A DNA stretch of 53,420 bases from Candidatus Peribacteraceae bacterium (GTDB lineage Bacteria > Patescibacteriota > Gracilibacteria > Peribacterales > Peribacteraceae): NCBI GenBank assembly GCA_028712095.1, contig JAQTQU010000002.1, positions 1 through 53,420 on the forward strand, in the 5' to 3' direction. A program made the position numbers and the translations under genes. Shown one piece after another: positions 24,100-33,667 of the stretch. The stretch's first letter is position 1, and each line of letters begins with the position of its first letter. The notes beneath the pieces are model-generated. The model was not told the origin of the DNA and searched no databases. It worked only from the letters and a program-made list of their open reading frames with translations.

Positions 24100-26132
24100 G
24101 GTTGCACGGTAATAATGAGAGGATCGGACTCCGAAACGCTGTCACCGTCACGGAGCGTCAGGATGACCGTATACGTTCCGGCCAGCTGGAAATCATGAAT
24201 GGGATTCTTCTGGTCACTCGAGAAGCCGTCGCCGAAATCCCACGCGTACGTCGTGCGCTGCCCCAGCGTGGAACAGTCGCTGAAGAACTGAATCCCAAGA
24301 GGGACTTTGCCCTCCATACGGCTGGCGGAAATGCAGGAATCGATCACGGGTGCACGGACGACGATCGTCTTGGTCGCAGAAAACTCCTTGCCGCCGGTGG
24401 TGAACACCTTCGCGGAAATTTCGTAGGTGCCGGGTTTCTGGAACGTGTGCAACACCTGCGCGCCCTGCTGGTGGGCCGCCCCCTGCGACTCGTCGCTGAA
24501 CGTCCACTCAAACCCGCTGATCTGCTCATTCTGGATCACCGTCTCGGACGCGTCGAAGCGCACCGGCAACGGAGCAGTGCCGCCGTCCGGATCCATCCGG
24601 ATGACCACCGTGGATGCCGGAGGGAGCACCTCGACCGTGATGGGTTTGCGCAGAACGCGTCCGTCGGGATCCTGGCCGATGAGCCAGAGCGTGTACACGC
24701 CTTCGCGCCGGTACACCGCCTGAATGGAATCTTTCGTGGACCCGACAGAAGTCGCCTCGGGCGCCTCCCAGAAGAACTCGACGAGCGGCATGGTGGTGCG
24801 GGGTTTGAGATCGACGATCACGGGAACCTCGCCGCTGACCTTGTTGTTGCGCACGTCCGGCGATCCGCTGAAGGTGAGATCCGACAGGAACAGGTCATCC
24901 GTCACGCGCACCACCTTCGTGATCTTGGCAACCGGTCCGGCCTCGGACCGTACTTCGGCCGTGACGGGGAACACGCCGCGCTGCGCGAACGTGTGGCCGA
25001 CGCGATCGCCGCGCGCCTCCGCCCCGTCGCCGAACGTCCACAGAATCACACGGACAGGCTCGTCTGTCTGCACGCGGAATACGGCGCCGAAGGGGGCGGG
25101 CCCGATGAGGTGTTCCGGCTCGGCAGAGAATTCCACGGGAAAAGGAAGCGGAAGGGAGCGCAGCACGTCAATCGTCCGCTTGTACGTCTGCTGCGCTTTG
25201 GTATTGAGTGTCACCTTGACGGAAACATCCGTCGGCCCCTCCGCAAAGAAGGTGTGGACGACATCAACCTCTTTGGTGGTGAGATCGATTGCCCCGTTTC
25301 CGTCGAAATCCCACTCGGCCTGCTCAAGGTCTTCTTTCTTTGCAACGAGGTGGGCGATGCTCAGGCGGACGGGCTCATCCAGAATCGGTTGTACCGGATC
25401 CACCGAGAAGACGGCACGGGTGATCGTGAGCACTTTGGAAATGCTGCGGGTGGCTCCGTCTTTGAGGAACACCGTCAGCGCAACGGTGAACTGACCCTGT
25501 TTGTCGTAGTAAGCCGTCACATCAGGATCGGTGGTTTCTGCATTCAACTTGCCGTCCCCCTCGAAATCCCAGACGAACTTTTCTGCCGAAAGCTGTCGAC
25601 GCGCCAGAATATCCACGATGGATTGTGCGCTGAACGTCACCGAGAGCGGCGCCACCATTTCCTCTTCCCGTGCAGGGGCGGCCACGACGATGGAAAGCGC
25701 GGGTTCACGACGAATGGCGAGCGGGACCACGCCGCTCATGAGCAGTCCGGGCAGGAGGACTGCGGCGGCTTTGATGGCGGCCAGACGGCGGCGGGGCAGC
25801 GGGACGGCTTCCGCGGCGCCGATACGCAGGAACACGAAGAGCCCGATCGAGACGAGCAGCACCGCGCACGATACCGCGACCATCGTGCCGGCCGGGATCA
25901 AACGATCGTAGACGCCCGTTGGATCGGGCAGCACCATGAGCAGATAGGCGGACCAGAGTGCATAGGTTACGTACGGAACGGCAACGAGGACGATAATGAA
26001 TCTGCGGAGGAACCGCCGTGTGGCGGCTGCGGGATCCTGCGGTTTCGGTGACGGCGTGCCCGGGACAGGCGCTGGAGGAGGAGCCGCAATGCCGTCGATG
26101 GGGGTTGGAGGGGACGGGATCATTGCGCTCAC
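24096..26132 (-). CDS. Membrane protein with multiple PKD-like repeats
   Basis: The N-terminus is Pro-rich with several TM helices. Repeated W[DT]F[DEG][GD][DN]G...H.[FY]...G.[FY].V.L.V units follow (for example YAWDFGDGFSSDQKNPIHDFQLAGTYTVILTL). Confidence 0.85.
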   Translation of the reverse strand: MSAMIPSPPTPIDGIAAPPPAPVPGTPSPKPQDPAAATRRFLRRFIIVLVAVPYVTYALWSAYLLMVLPDPTGVYDRLIPAGTMVAVSCAVLLVSIGLFVFLRIGAAEAVPLPRRRLAAIKAAAVLLPGLLMSGVVPLAIRREPALSIVVAAPAREEEMVAPLSVTFSAQSIVDILARRQLSAEKFVWDFEGDGKLNAETTDPDVTAYYDKQGQFTVALTVFLKDGATRSISKVLTITRAVFSVDPVQPILDEPVRLSIAHLVAKKEDLEQAEWDFDGNGAIDLTTKEVDVVHTFFAEGPTDVSVKVTLNTKAQQTYKRTIDVLRSLPLPFPVEFSAEPEHLIGPAPFGAVFRVQTDEPVRVILWTFGDGAEARGDRVGHTFAQRGVFPVTAEVRSEAGPVAKITKVVRVTDDLFLSDLTFSGSPDVRNNKVSGEVPVIVDLKPRTTMPLVEFFWEAPEATSVGSTKDSIQAVYRREGVYTLWLIGQDPDGRVLRKPITVEVLPPASTVVIRMDPDGGTAPLPVRFDASETVIQNEQISGFEWTFSDESQGAAHQQGAQVLHTFQKPGTYEISAKVFTTGGKEFSATKTIVVRAPVIDSCISASRMEGKVPLGIQFFSDCSTLGQRTTYAWDFGDGFSSDQKNPIHDFQLAGTYTVILTLRDGDSVSESDPLIITVQP

Positions 26133-27236
26133 TTAATAGGAAGCAGGAGAAGCTCCTTCCATGAGCGACCGGTACTGCTCAAGCTGCTCAGGCGTCAGTG
26201 TGCCGCCGGGCACATTCTGTGCGGATTGCAGTCCGAAGAAGGAGGCAGGCGAGAAGGGTTGCGCATCCGCAGGAGGCGCGACCGGAGGGGCACGATCAAA
26301 CTCGCTGAGCCGCACCGTGAAGGATCCGCTCAGTACGCCCTGATCCGTCTGCAGCTTCGCTATCTCCCATGATACCTGCCTGAGAGAATACGTCTGCGCA
26401 TCGATCCACATTTCTCCCGTCGCCTGCAGGCCGGCAATAGCGGCGGAAAGGCCGGCACGATCCGGTGTTTCGTTCCGCGCGGAGGCAACCTCTGCGAGAT
26501 ACGCAAGCAGCTTGTCGGGATCAATGGCAACAGCGTAGTGGTAAGCCGGCGCGCCATCGAGTGTGACAGTCCCGCGATCTTCCGTCACGCGCACCACCTG
26601 CGCCTGCGCGCGGAGCACGCCCGGCGACGGCGTCATCGTTCCTCCAGGCACCGTCCCCTCCTGTGCGGAATCGGGGGCGGGCAGCGCCCACCACCTGCCC
26701 GTGAGCAACTGGACCAGTTCAGGCTGAAAGAGCGAATCATCCGGTTCCGTCGAGAGCGACTGGATTCTGAAGAAAAGCTCCTTCTTACTGGCGACAAGCA
26801 TCTCTCCCGCACCCTGCAGACGGAACGTCTGGCTCTGGTTTCCGCCGGGCGAAAGGAGCGCATCCACCGTCACGGACATTTCCACGCTATCCCCGGCATC
26901 CTGCAGCACCCCGTTCAGTTCCACGGTCCCCGAAGCCGGAAGGGCTCCTCCCTCCAGCCGAAAGCGTCCATCCCCGGTCAGCCGCGCCGACTGCAGGGCG
27001 CGACTCTTCCGGGCCGCAAGCGCCATCACCTCATTCGCCTGCTGCGACGAACCGGCGGGTGAAGACTCATGCAGGAACAGGGAGAGCGGAATACCGCCGA
27101 GAAGGACGACCGCGAGGAGGAAGGGAACGAATCGTCTCATAAGGAGGCGCGAAGAATTTCCGGTATTATGCGCGGGAGAGAACGAGAAGACAATTCCCTG
27201 AATGGACGATGCGTGTGGAAGTATGCGAAACATCAC
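26133..27236 (-). CDS. Secreted/anchored hypothetical protein (possibly LolA/LppX-like fold, unproven)
   Basis: Hydrophobic segment FVPFLLAVVLLGGIPLSLFL. The start is either GTG 27236 / ATG 27233, overlapping the upstream stop (GTGATG context), or ATG 27140. Its stop abuts the start of the PKD gene. Confidence 0.7.
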   Translation of the reverse strand: MMFRILPHASSIQGIVFSFSPAHNTGNSSRLLMRRFVPFLLAVVLLGGIPLSLFLHESSPAGSSQQANEVMALAARKSRALQSARLTGDGRFRLEGGALPASGTVELNGVLQDAGDSVEMSVTVDALLSPGGNQSQTFRLQGAGEMLVASKKELFFRIQSLSTEPDDSLFQPELVQLLTGRWWALPAPDSAQEGTVPGGTMTPSPGVLRAQAQVVRVTEDRGTVTLDGAPAYHYAVAIDPDKLLAYLAEVASARNETPDRAGLSAAIAGLQATGEMWIDAQTYSLRQVSWEIAKLQTDQGVLSGSFTVRLSEFDRAPPVAPPADAQPFSPASFFGLQSAQNVPGGTLTPEQLEQYRSLMEGASPASY

Positions 27237-28105
27237 CGACGCGTCCGCGCACGGTGTGCGAAGAGATCGCTCGGTTCCTCCAGCGTAAACCCGATCGTGC
27301 GTCGTCTGCCCGCCCGCACATCTGCACGGACCGTGAGCATCATCACCGCGCCGTGCTGCAGCAGAAGCGGAGAAGTCAGCACGAAGAATGCTTCTTGACC
27401 CCGCAGAGATGCAAGACGTGCGAGCACGGTGCCGCGGCTCGTTTCGAGCGTGAGGTTTTGCAGATCTGTCCCCCGGGCAGAACCGTCATTCGTGAGCGTG
27501 AGGGCATCCATCTCCTGATCATACGTTCCTTCTGCCGTAAGACGGAGGCGGGCCACCGTGCGATGGTCTCCGTACGTCACCCGCTGCAGGAGAGGCAGAA
27601 ATGCCACAGAGACACTCCCCTGCGACACGCCTGCTGTCGTACGTACCGGAGCAGCGGCAACGGCCGCGAATGTCACCACCGCATCGCCCGCATCGATAGC
27701 GCCGGGCGTGCGGAGAACAATCCGGTGCTCCCCTGCAGCGGCGGCGTCCGGCGAGAAATCCGCCATGACCGTCACGGAGTTTTGGCCACAGGCGGGAACG
27801 GTGAGTGCAGGGCGGAACGAGAATGTCACCGAGCCATCACGGGAACTGGGCGCGCGTCCGCGCGAGATCCGCTGACCGTCACGCATGACGTAGAGAGAGG
27901 AAACATCACGGATAGCCCCCATCCCGCCGTGCGCCACCGTGATGCCGCGCACATCGATATCACCACTGCACGAAGCCGAAAACTGAAGATCAAGCATGGC
28001 TACGCGCTGCGCACCCGGAGGGACGGAAGCCGATTGCAGCTCCTGCACCTGCACCGAGAGCGCAAGGGGGAGCAGGACAGCCGAGAGCAGCAGTGACCCG
28101 GTCAT
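27233..28105 (-). CDS. Secreted hypothetical protein, two beta-rich repeats
   Basis: ATG 28105 gives the signal peptide MTGSLLLSAVLLPLALSVQV. It is the first gene of the coupled operon 28105..24013. Confidence 0.7.
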   Translation of the reverse strand: MTGSLLLSAVLLPLALSVQVQELQSASVPPGAQRVAMLDLQFSASCSGDIDVRGITVAHGGMGAIRDVSSLYVMRDGQRISRGRAPSSRDGSVTFSFRPALTVPACGQNSVTVMADFSPDAAAAGEHRIVLRTPGAIDAGDAVVTFAAVAAAPVRTTAGVSQGSVSVAFLPLLQRVTYGDHRTVARLRLTAEGTYDQEMDALTLTNDGSARGTDLQNLTLETSRGTVLARLASLRGQEAFFVLTSPLLLQHGAVMMLTVRADVRAGRRRTIGFTLEEPSDLFAHRARTRR

Positions 28106-28339
28106 GTCTCCATGGTACCGCAAATGGAGCGAGAATGATTGTCGGTGTATGTGTGCAACGGCGATACGCATTTCATCTACGTAGGTGTGCTGACGTTCAT
28201 CCTGCGATGAGAGGTTGAAGAGGTTCAAAAGGTGAGAAAAGCCTGAAAGGTTGGAACCTCTCAGGCATCCCTAACCTCTACAACTTCTACTACCTTCATT
28301 GGTCTTTCTCACTTCTGTAACTTTTCCAACCTTTCCCCT

Positions 28340-30841
28340 ATGATGGAACCACAGATGACCTCTCACGCCGACCAACTCCCCACGATCCCCCTCCTTCCCC
28401 TCTCGTCACTGCATGATGCGGATGTGAAGGAATTGCTGAGGAAACACAAAATCGGCCTCACGGTCGAAGAGGCCCGCAAGATCACGACCATGCTCGGGCG
28501 TGATCCCACGATCGTCGAAGCGACCATCTGGGGCATTCAGGGCAGCGAGCACTGCAGCTACAAATCGAGCCGTCGGTTTTTGAAGACCTTCCCGACCGAG
28601 AGCACCCACGTGATTCTGGGACCGAAGGAGGACAGCGGCATCGTGGCCATCACCGACGGGCCGCAGGGCAGGCGCTGGGGCCTCGTCATTTCGCATGAAT
28701 CGCACAATCACCCGTCGCAGATCGTCCCCTTCGAGGGCGCAGCCACGGGCATCGGCGGCGTCGTCCGCGACGTAGTCTGCATGGGGGCGCGCGTCATCGG
28801 GGCCCTGGATGCTCTCCGTCTGGGTGACCTCAAAACCGAGGAATCGCGCGTAGTCGCCCGCGAGGTCGCCCGCGGCATCGCGGGGTACGGCAATCCGCTC
28901 GGCATCCCGAACCTCGGCGGCGATACGGTCTTCGATGCGTCGTACAACAGCAACTGTCTCGTGAATGCGATCGCCGTGGGGATCGTCCGCGAGGACGAAG
29001 TCATCCACAGCGAAGTGCCGGAGGAGGCGGGCAGAGAAGGATACGACATCATTCTGGTGGGCAAGCCCACGGACAGGAGCGGCTTTGGCGGCGCCTCCTT
29101 CGCCAGCGCATCCATGGAGGAAGAGAAAAAGGAACAGAACGCCGGCGCCGTGCAGGAGCCCAACCCCTTTCTGGAACGGCACATCCTCGCATCGACCTAC
29201 GCGCTCTTCGACTGGCTCGCGGCGAACAGACATCTGGATAAGGTGAGCTTCAAGGATCTCGGGGCCGGCGGTGTCGTGTGCGCCAGCGTGGAACAGGTGG
29301 CCGACCGGGGGCTGGGGGCGGAGGTGGATCTGGACGCGGTACACACCGCGGTCTCTGATCTTCCCCCCGAGGTCATCGGCTGCGCCGAAACGCAGGAACG
29401 CTTCTGCTGGATCTGCCATCCGTCCCTCACCGACCATATCCTGCGTCACTACAACGACATCTGGAACCTGCCGGAGGTGGCCGAGAACGCGCGGGCCAGC
29501 CGCATCGGCAAGGTAACCGTCGATCCGCTGTTTCATCTGACATACCGCGGAGAAGTCGTCTGTTCGGCCAAGGCACTCGACATCACCTGCGGCCTGCAGT
29601 ACACGCGCCCGACGGCGCACAAGCCCGCCGTGCGGCAGGAGCCGGTCATCACCTGCGCGGGAAACCGCGTGACGGCGCAAGACAAGACCTTCACCATCGA
29701 AGAAATTTTCACGGCAATGCTCCGCCATCCCAACGCGGCCAGTGTGTCTCCGCTCATCCGCCACTACGACAAAGACGTCATCGGCAATACGGTCATCGAG
29801 GCCGGCGAGGGCGATGCCGGCGTGATCGCACCACTCGCAGATCTCGCAAGCTACGTCCATGAAGGATCACATCCGGGCTGGGAGGAGCTGCCCGCCGCAG
29901 ACCGGAACGTTGGGATTGCGCTGGCTGCGGACGGAAACGGACGCTACGGAAGAATCTCGGCCTACTGGCAGGGAGCGAATGCAGCCATCGAATCCATGTG
30001 CAACGTGGCGGCCACCGGCGCCGTGCCCCGCGCGCTCACCGACTGTCTCAACTACGGCAATCCCGAACTGCCGGAGCAGCTCTCGGCGCTGGAAGAAGGC
30101 GTACGGGGTATCGCAGACGCCGCCCGCGGAGTCGCAATGGAGGGTGAGCCGGTGCCGATCATTTCGGGCAATGTGAGCCTCTACAATGGTAAGCCCGACG
30201 GCAGTGCCATCGATCCCACGGCGATCGTCTGCTGCATCGGCGTGCTGCCCGATGCCGCGAAGGCCGTGACCATGCAGCTCAAGGAACCGGATTCCGCTCT
30301 CCTCTTTATTGGCGAGAGACGTGACGAGTGCGGAGGCTCGCTCTACTACGACGTACTGGAGCAGATGACAGACTCGTCGCGTGATGCCCTCCTTGGAGCG
30401 AATGTCCCGCAGCCGGATTTTTCCTCGACGGCAAAACAGATCCAGTTGATCACAAAAGTTATTCAATCCGGTGCCGCCCGCTCCTGCCATGATGTGAGTG
30501 ATGGAGGCCTGCTGCTCGCACTTTTCGAAATGACACTGCCGCAGAGAAAGCAGGGAGGATCCATCGGTGTCACGGTCGATCTCGCCGCTCTCCATGTCAC
30601 GTTGCGGCCGGATACGCTGCTCTTTAGCCAGACAGAGGGCTTTCTGCTCGAGACGGACAAAGAGCGTTCCCGGGAAATCATCGCACTGGGCAAAGCCTCC
30701 GGCGTCCCCGTCACCCTCCTGGGGACCACGACCCGCTCCCCCGTGCTGACCGTGACGAACAACGGAGAAACTCTCATGACTGCAGATCTGCGGAATATGC
30801 AGACCGTCTGGCAACGCGCGCTTTCCGCCGCCTGGTCATAA
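28340..30841 (+). CDS. purL: Phosphoribosylformylglycinamide synthase subunit PurL (FGAM synthase II)
   Basis: GSEHCSYKSS, ESHNHPS, GGVVRD and paired AIR-synthase-like halves are present. At 833 aa it is longer than typical. Confidence 0.9.
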   Translation: MMEPQMTSHADQLPTIPLLPLSSLHDADVKELLRKHKIGLTVEEARKITTMLGRDPTIVEATIWGIQGSEHCSYKSSRRFLKTFPTESTHVILGPKEDSGIVAITDGPQGRRWGLVISHESHNHPSQIVPFEGAATGIGGVVRDVVCMGARVIGALDALRLGDLKTEESRVVAREVARGIAGYGNPLGIPNLGGDTVFDASYNSNCLVNAIAVGIVREDEVIHSEVPEEAGREGYDIILVGKPTDRSGFGGASFASASMEEEKKEQNAGAVQEPNPFLERHILASTYALFDWLAANRHLDKVSFKDLGAGGVVCASVEQVADRGLGAEVDLDAVHTAVSDLPPEVIGCAETQERFCWICHPSLTDHILRHYNDIWNLPEVAENARASRIGKVTVDPLFHLTYRGEVVCSAKALDITCGLQYTRPTAHKPAVRQEPVITCAGNRVTAQDKTFTIEEIFTAMLRHPNAASVSPLIRHYDKDVIGNTVIEAGEGDAGVIAPLADLASYVHEGSHPGWEELPAADRNVGIALAADGNGRYGRISAYWQGANAAIESMCNVAATGAVPRALTDCLNYGNPELPEQLSALEEGVRGIADAARGVAMEGEPVPIISGNVSLYNGKPDGSAIDPTAIVCCIGVLPDAAKAVTMQLKEPDSALLFIGERRDECGGSLYYDVLEQMTDSSRDALLGANVPQPDFSSTAKQIQLITKVIQSGAARSCHDVSDGGLLLALFEMTLPQRKQGGSIGVTVDLAALHVTLRPDTLLFSQTEGFLLETDKERSREIIALGKASGVPVTLLGTTTRSPVLTVTNNGETLMTADLRNMQTVWQRALSAAWS

Positions 30842-30853
30842 ACGGAAACATAA

Positions 30854-30882
30854 TTGACATTTCATACTATTGCTGGTTTAAT
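30854..30882 (+). promoter_or_regulatory. Candidate promoter of the LPVTG-protein gene
   Basis: TTGACA (30854..30859), a 17-nt spacer, then TTTAAT (30877..30882). The leader is about 47 nt and contains a GTTCTG/CAGAAC hairpin. Confidence 0.45.
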
Positions 30883-30935
30883 ACTCCCCTTTTGTTCTGC
30901 AAACACAGAACGAAGGTTTTCTTCCCCTCTCCGTT

Positions 30936-32090
30936 ATGACGTTCTCTCTGCGTACTGCGCTCTCCGGCACTGCCATGTCACTGCTGTTTCTCGCCGCAAC
31001 TCAGGCCCATGCGGCCGGCTCGGTGACGATCATCCAGCAAAGCCCCGTCGGGATGTTCGGCAATTACACGCTCACCTTCCCCAGCGGATCCCAGATCACC
31101 ATCAATGAGCAGGAACAGAAAGTGCTGCCCTCCACGGAGGCCGGCATGTACCGCCTGCACATCTCCCCCCCGTCCGCCGCCAAGATGACCACCACCGTCA
31201 CGAAGAACGGCGTGGACATCATCGCCACCGTCGACCGTGACGTGAATTTCACGCTTGCGGACTTGGACGAGATCACCGTGACCATCAGGTACCGCTACGA
31301 CGGAACCATCATGGTGGACTCTGACCCGCAGGGCGCATCGTTTGAACTGCTCGGCCCGAACGACACGCGTGATACGGGCTTCACCCCTGCCACCTATACC
31401 GGCATGGCACCGGGTGCTTATCGTGTGACCTTCCACAGGCGCGACGGCTGCAATCTGGTTTCACCGATTCAACGCTCACTGAACGCCAATGCCACCCTCA
31501 CCCTCTTCGGCAGATTTCTCTGCGGTGTCGCATCGTCTTCCGCTTCTTCGACTTCCTCCATCGAACCCCAGAAACCCGTGACAGATCTGAACGAAGGACG
31601 CACCGTCCGCATCTGGGTGGCCGCACACCAGGCAGAGGCGCTGGCCGGCGGCACCGTGCGCACAACGATCACGGTCAAGAACACCGGGGCGCGCACGATT
31701 CATAACGTCGTGGTTTCCGCGCAGATCGATCCCGATGCGGCTCAATTCGCAACGCCACTCCCGCGCTTCGGCACGATCACCGGCGACACGGCCTTCTGGG
31801 AAATCCCGCAGATCTACTCCGGCAATACGTGGTCCGTCACGCTGCCCCTCAACCTGAGCGATACGCTCGGACAGGGAGACAGGTCGACCGTCACGGCACG
31901 CGTGTCGGCCTCTGACCTCGTCGAGAGCAACGCCGGAACCGCGCTCGTCGCCACAACGACGATCGGCGTCACGGGACTGCCGGTCACAGGGTTCCGCGTC
32001 GACGTCCTCTTTCTCCTCCTGAGCACAGTATTCACCGCAATCGTCGCCAGAACAACCGTCCGGCAGCGTCTGGTCCGGGAGAGTGCCTGA
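30936..32090 (+). CDS. Sortase-anchored surface protein (PEGA-like N-terminal module, DUF11-like middle, LPVTG sorting signal)
   Basis: Signal peptide SLLFLAATQAHAAG. A PEGA-like stretch reads IMVDSDPQGASFELLG...GFTPATYTGMAPGAYRV. The C-terminus is LPVTG (nt 31977..31991) followed by FRVDVLFLLLSTVFTAIVA and RTTVRQR. Confidence 0.85.
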   Translation: MTFSLRTALSGTAMSLLFLAATQAHAAGSVTIIQQSPVGMFGNYTLTFPSGSQITINEQEQKVLPSTEAGMYRLHISPPSAAKMTTTVTKNGVDIIATVDRDVNFTLADLDEITVTIRYRYDGTIMVDSDPQGASFELLGPNDTRDTGFTPATYTGMAPGAYRVTFHRRDGCNLVSPIQRSLNANATLTLFGRFLCGVASSSASSTSSIEPQKPVTDLNEGRTVRIWVAAHQAEALAGGTVRTTITVKNTGARTIHNVVVSAQIDPDAAQFATPLPRFGTITGDTAFWEIPQIYSGNTWSVTLPLNLSDTLGQGDRSTVTARVSASDLVESNAGTALVATTTIGVTGLPVTGFRVDVLFLLLSTVFTAIVARTTVRQRLVRESA

Positions 32091-32116
32091 AGAACGCACG
32101 GCAGCAAAAACCGCAT

Positions 32117-32150
32117 CAGGGCATTCTCCCAACGCAGGGGTGCCCTGTTT
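32117..32150 (+). terminator. Possible intrinsic terminator after the LPVTG gene
   Basis: CAGGGCA, a 17-nt loop, TGCCCTG, then TTTCGT. The stem is only 7 bp and the U-tract is short. Confidence 0.3.
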
Positions 32151-32239
32151 CGTATAGGCGGCACCATGAAGCCAAGCGGCGTCCATTGCACACACCCCAC
32201 CTCTTACGCAACACTGAGATGTTCTTTCCTCTTATTCTT

Positions 32240-33514
32240 ATGGCGATCCGACGTGCATCATGCATTCTGGCCTTTCTTCTGGGATGCAGCATCCTTCCGT
32301 TGCCGGGCGCGGCGCAGAGCGCAAACACGATTACGGTGCATCAGGTGCCGGCTGAAGGATTCTCCGTACTCGGCGAATGGACACTGCTCAAGCCCGACGG
32401 TACGCGCACCACGACCAACGTTCCCACGCACAGCTACGATGCCGCGCCCACGGGCAATTACCTGCTGAACGTCATGCCGCCCTCAGGCATGTCCGCATCC
32501 GTCACACTCACCCTCAACGGAGAGACGGTCGTCATCGAAAAACCGCAGGCTGCTTTTCAACTCAGCGAAGGAAGCACCGTCGTGCTGGATGTGCACTACG
32601 TCCTCGCCCTCTCGGGCAAGGTGAGTGTGAATACCATTCCTCCGGGATTCCCCTATACCCTCTCCGGTCCGGACGGGGCCGTGTACACCGGCGTCACACC
32701 GGGGTTTTACGATGCCATGCCCGTGGGTCTCTACACCATGGCACTCGATACCATTCCGGGATGCACCACACCCGGCCCCCAGTCGGGGCGTCTCATTAAA
32801 GACGGACGCGTCGTCCTGTCGGTGCAGCTCGCATGCGACAATCTGCCGCAACTGGAGCAGCAGCAGAATGTGGAGAAAGAAAGCCAGTTCGTGAAGGCCA
32901 CGATCGACGGCAAACCCGTCATCTTCAACGATGTCCCCGTCGGGCAGTGGTTCACCGCATCCGTCCGGCGCGTACTGGATGCCAAAGTGATGTCCGGCTA
33001 CCGCGGCGAGGATGGAACCCCCACAGGCATGTTCGGCCCTTCCGATTCCGTCACGCTGGCCGAGCTGGCCAAAATCTCGCATCGTCTCGCGGGGATCGAC
33101 GAAACCAAAGTGCTGACGCCACCGGAGAACGATGAGGCAAAAGGAACATGGTTCGCTCCGTTCATCGCTTCAGCAGAACAGCGGGGCTGGCTGGTGTACC
33201 TGAACCGGTCGGTTGATCCCCTGCGCCCCGCCACCCGCGCCGAAGTCGTCGCCACGTTCCTGCAGGTATTGAATGTGAAGCGGGATTGGCCGACAGGCAC
33301 GATGTTCCGCGACGTCTCCCGATCCATCCCTTACGCCGACTGCATCGAAACTGCCGCAACACAGAGCCTCGTGAGCGGCTACACCGATAGCTCGGGGAAC
33401 CTGACAGGACTCTTCGGTCCGGCGGATCCCGTCACCCGCGCATCCATGGCCAAGATGGTCGCGACGGCAATGGACCTGTTCCTCGAAAATACCGCCTCGT
33501 TTCAGCCGGAGTGA
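32240..33514 (+). CDS. SLH-anchored paralogue of the LPVTG protein (PEGA-like N-terminal module plus C-terminal SLH domains), possible lipoprotein
   Basis: MAIRRASCILAFLLGCSILPLPGAAQS is a signal peptide with an LLGC lipobox-like site. Its N-terminal ~190 aa align with 30936..32090. SLH motifs at the C-terminus include FNDVPVGQWF...MSGYRGEDGTPTGMFGP and FRDVSRSIPYADCIETAATQSLVSGYTDSSGNLTGLFGP. ATG 32186 and 32219 are alternative starts. Confidence 0.85.
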   Translation: MAIRRASCILAFLLGCSILPLPGAAQSANTITVHQVPAEGFSVLGEWTLLKPDGTRTTTNVPTHSYDAAPTGNYLLNVMPPSGMSASVTLTLNGETVVIEKPQAAFQLSEGSTVVLDVHYVLALSGKVSVNTIPPGFPYTLSGPDGAVYTGVTPGFYDAMPVGLYTMALDTIPGCTTPGPQSGRLIKDGRVVLSVQLACDNLPQLEQQQNVEKESQFVKATIDGKPVIFNDVPVGQWFTASVRRVLDAKVMSGYRGEDGTPTGMFGPSDSVTLAELAKISHRLAGIDETKVLTPPENDEAKGTWFAPFIASAEQRGWLVYLNRSVDPLRPATRAEVVATFLQVLNVKRDWPTGTMFRDVSRSIPYADCIETAATQSLVSGYTDSSGNLTGLFGPADPVTRASMAKMVATAMDLFLENTASFQPE

Positions 33515-33625
33515 TTCGTAGATGGGAAACCTACGGTTTCCCCTCCACGAGCCACCCTTTCCCTTCAATGGTATCGCTCCAGCGGTGGGGCCCGGCTTAA
33601 GCCACCCACCGCTTCGCGATGGATT
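33515..33625 (+). repeat. Copy 1 of a ~107-nt two-hairpin intergenic element (also a likely terminator)
   Basis: It begins directly after the TGA of 32240..33514. Hairpin 1 is GGGAAACC-tac-GGTTTCCC. Hairpin 2 is ATCGC-tcc-AGCGGTGGG-gccc-GGC-ttaa-GCC-a-CCCACCGCT-tc-GCGAT, followed by GGATTATTTTG. Confidence 0.6.
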
Positions 33626-33667
33626 ATTTTGTCGCTTCGCAACACAATAGAATCAGGCCTAAGCTGA

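Noticed and set aside
24102-26051. 649-aa plus-strand ORF
   Set aside because: It is the antisense shadow of the PKD-repeat gene. It is Arg/Gly/His-rich with no recognisable domain, whereas the minus frame shows repeated PKD motifs.
28406-29860. 484-aa minus-strand ORF
   Set aside because: It lies antisense to purL, whose identity is unambiguous (ESHNHPS and other motifs).
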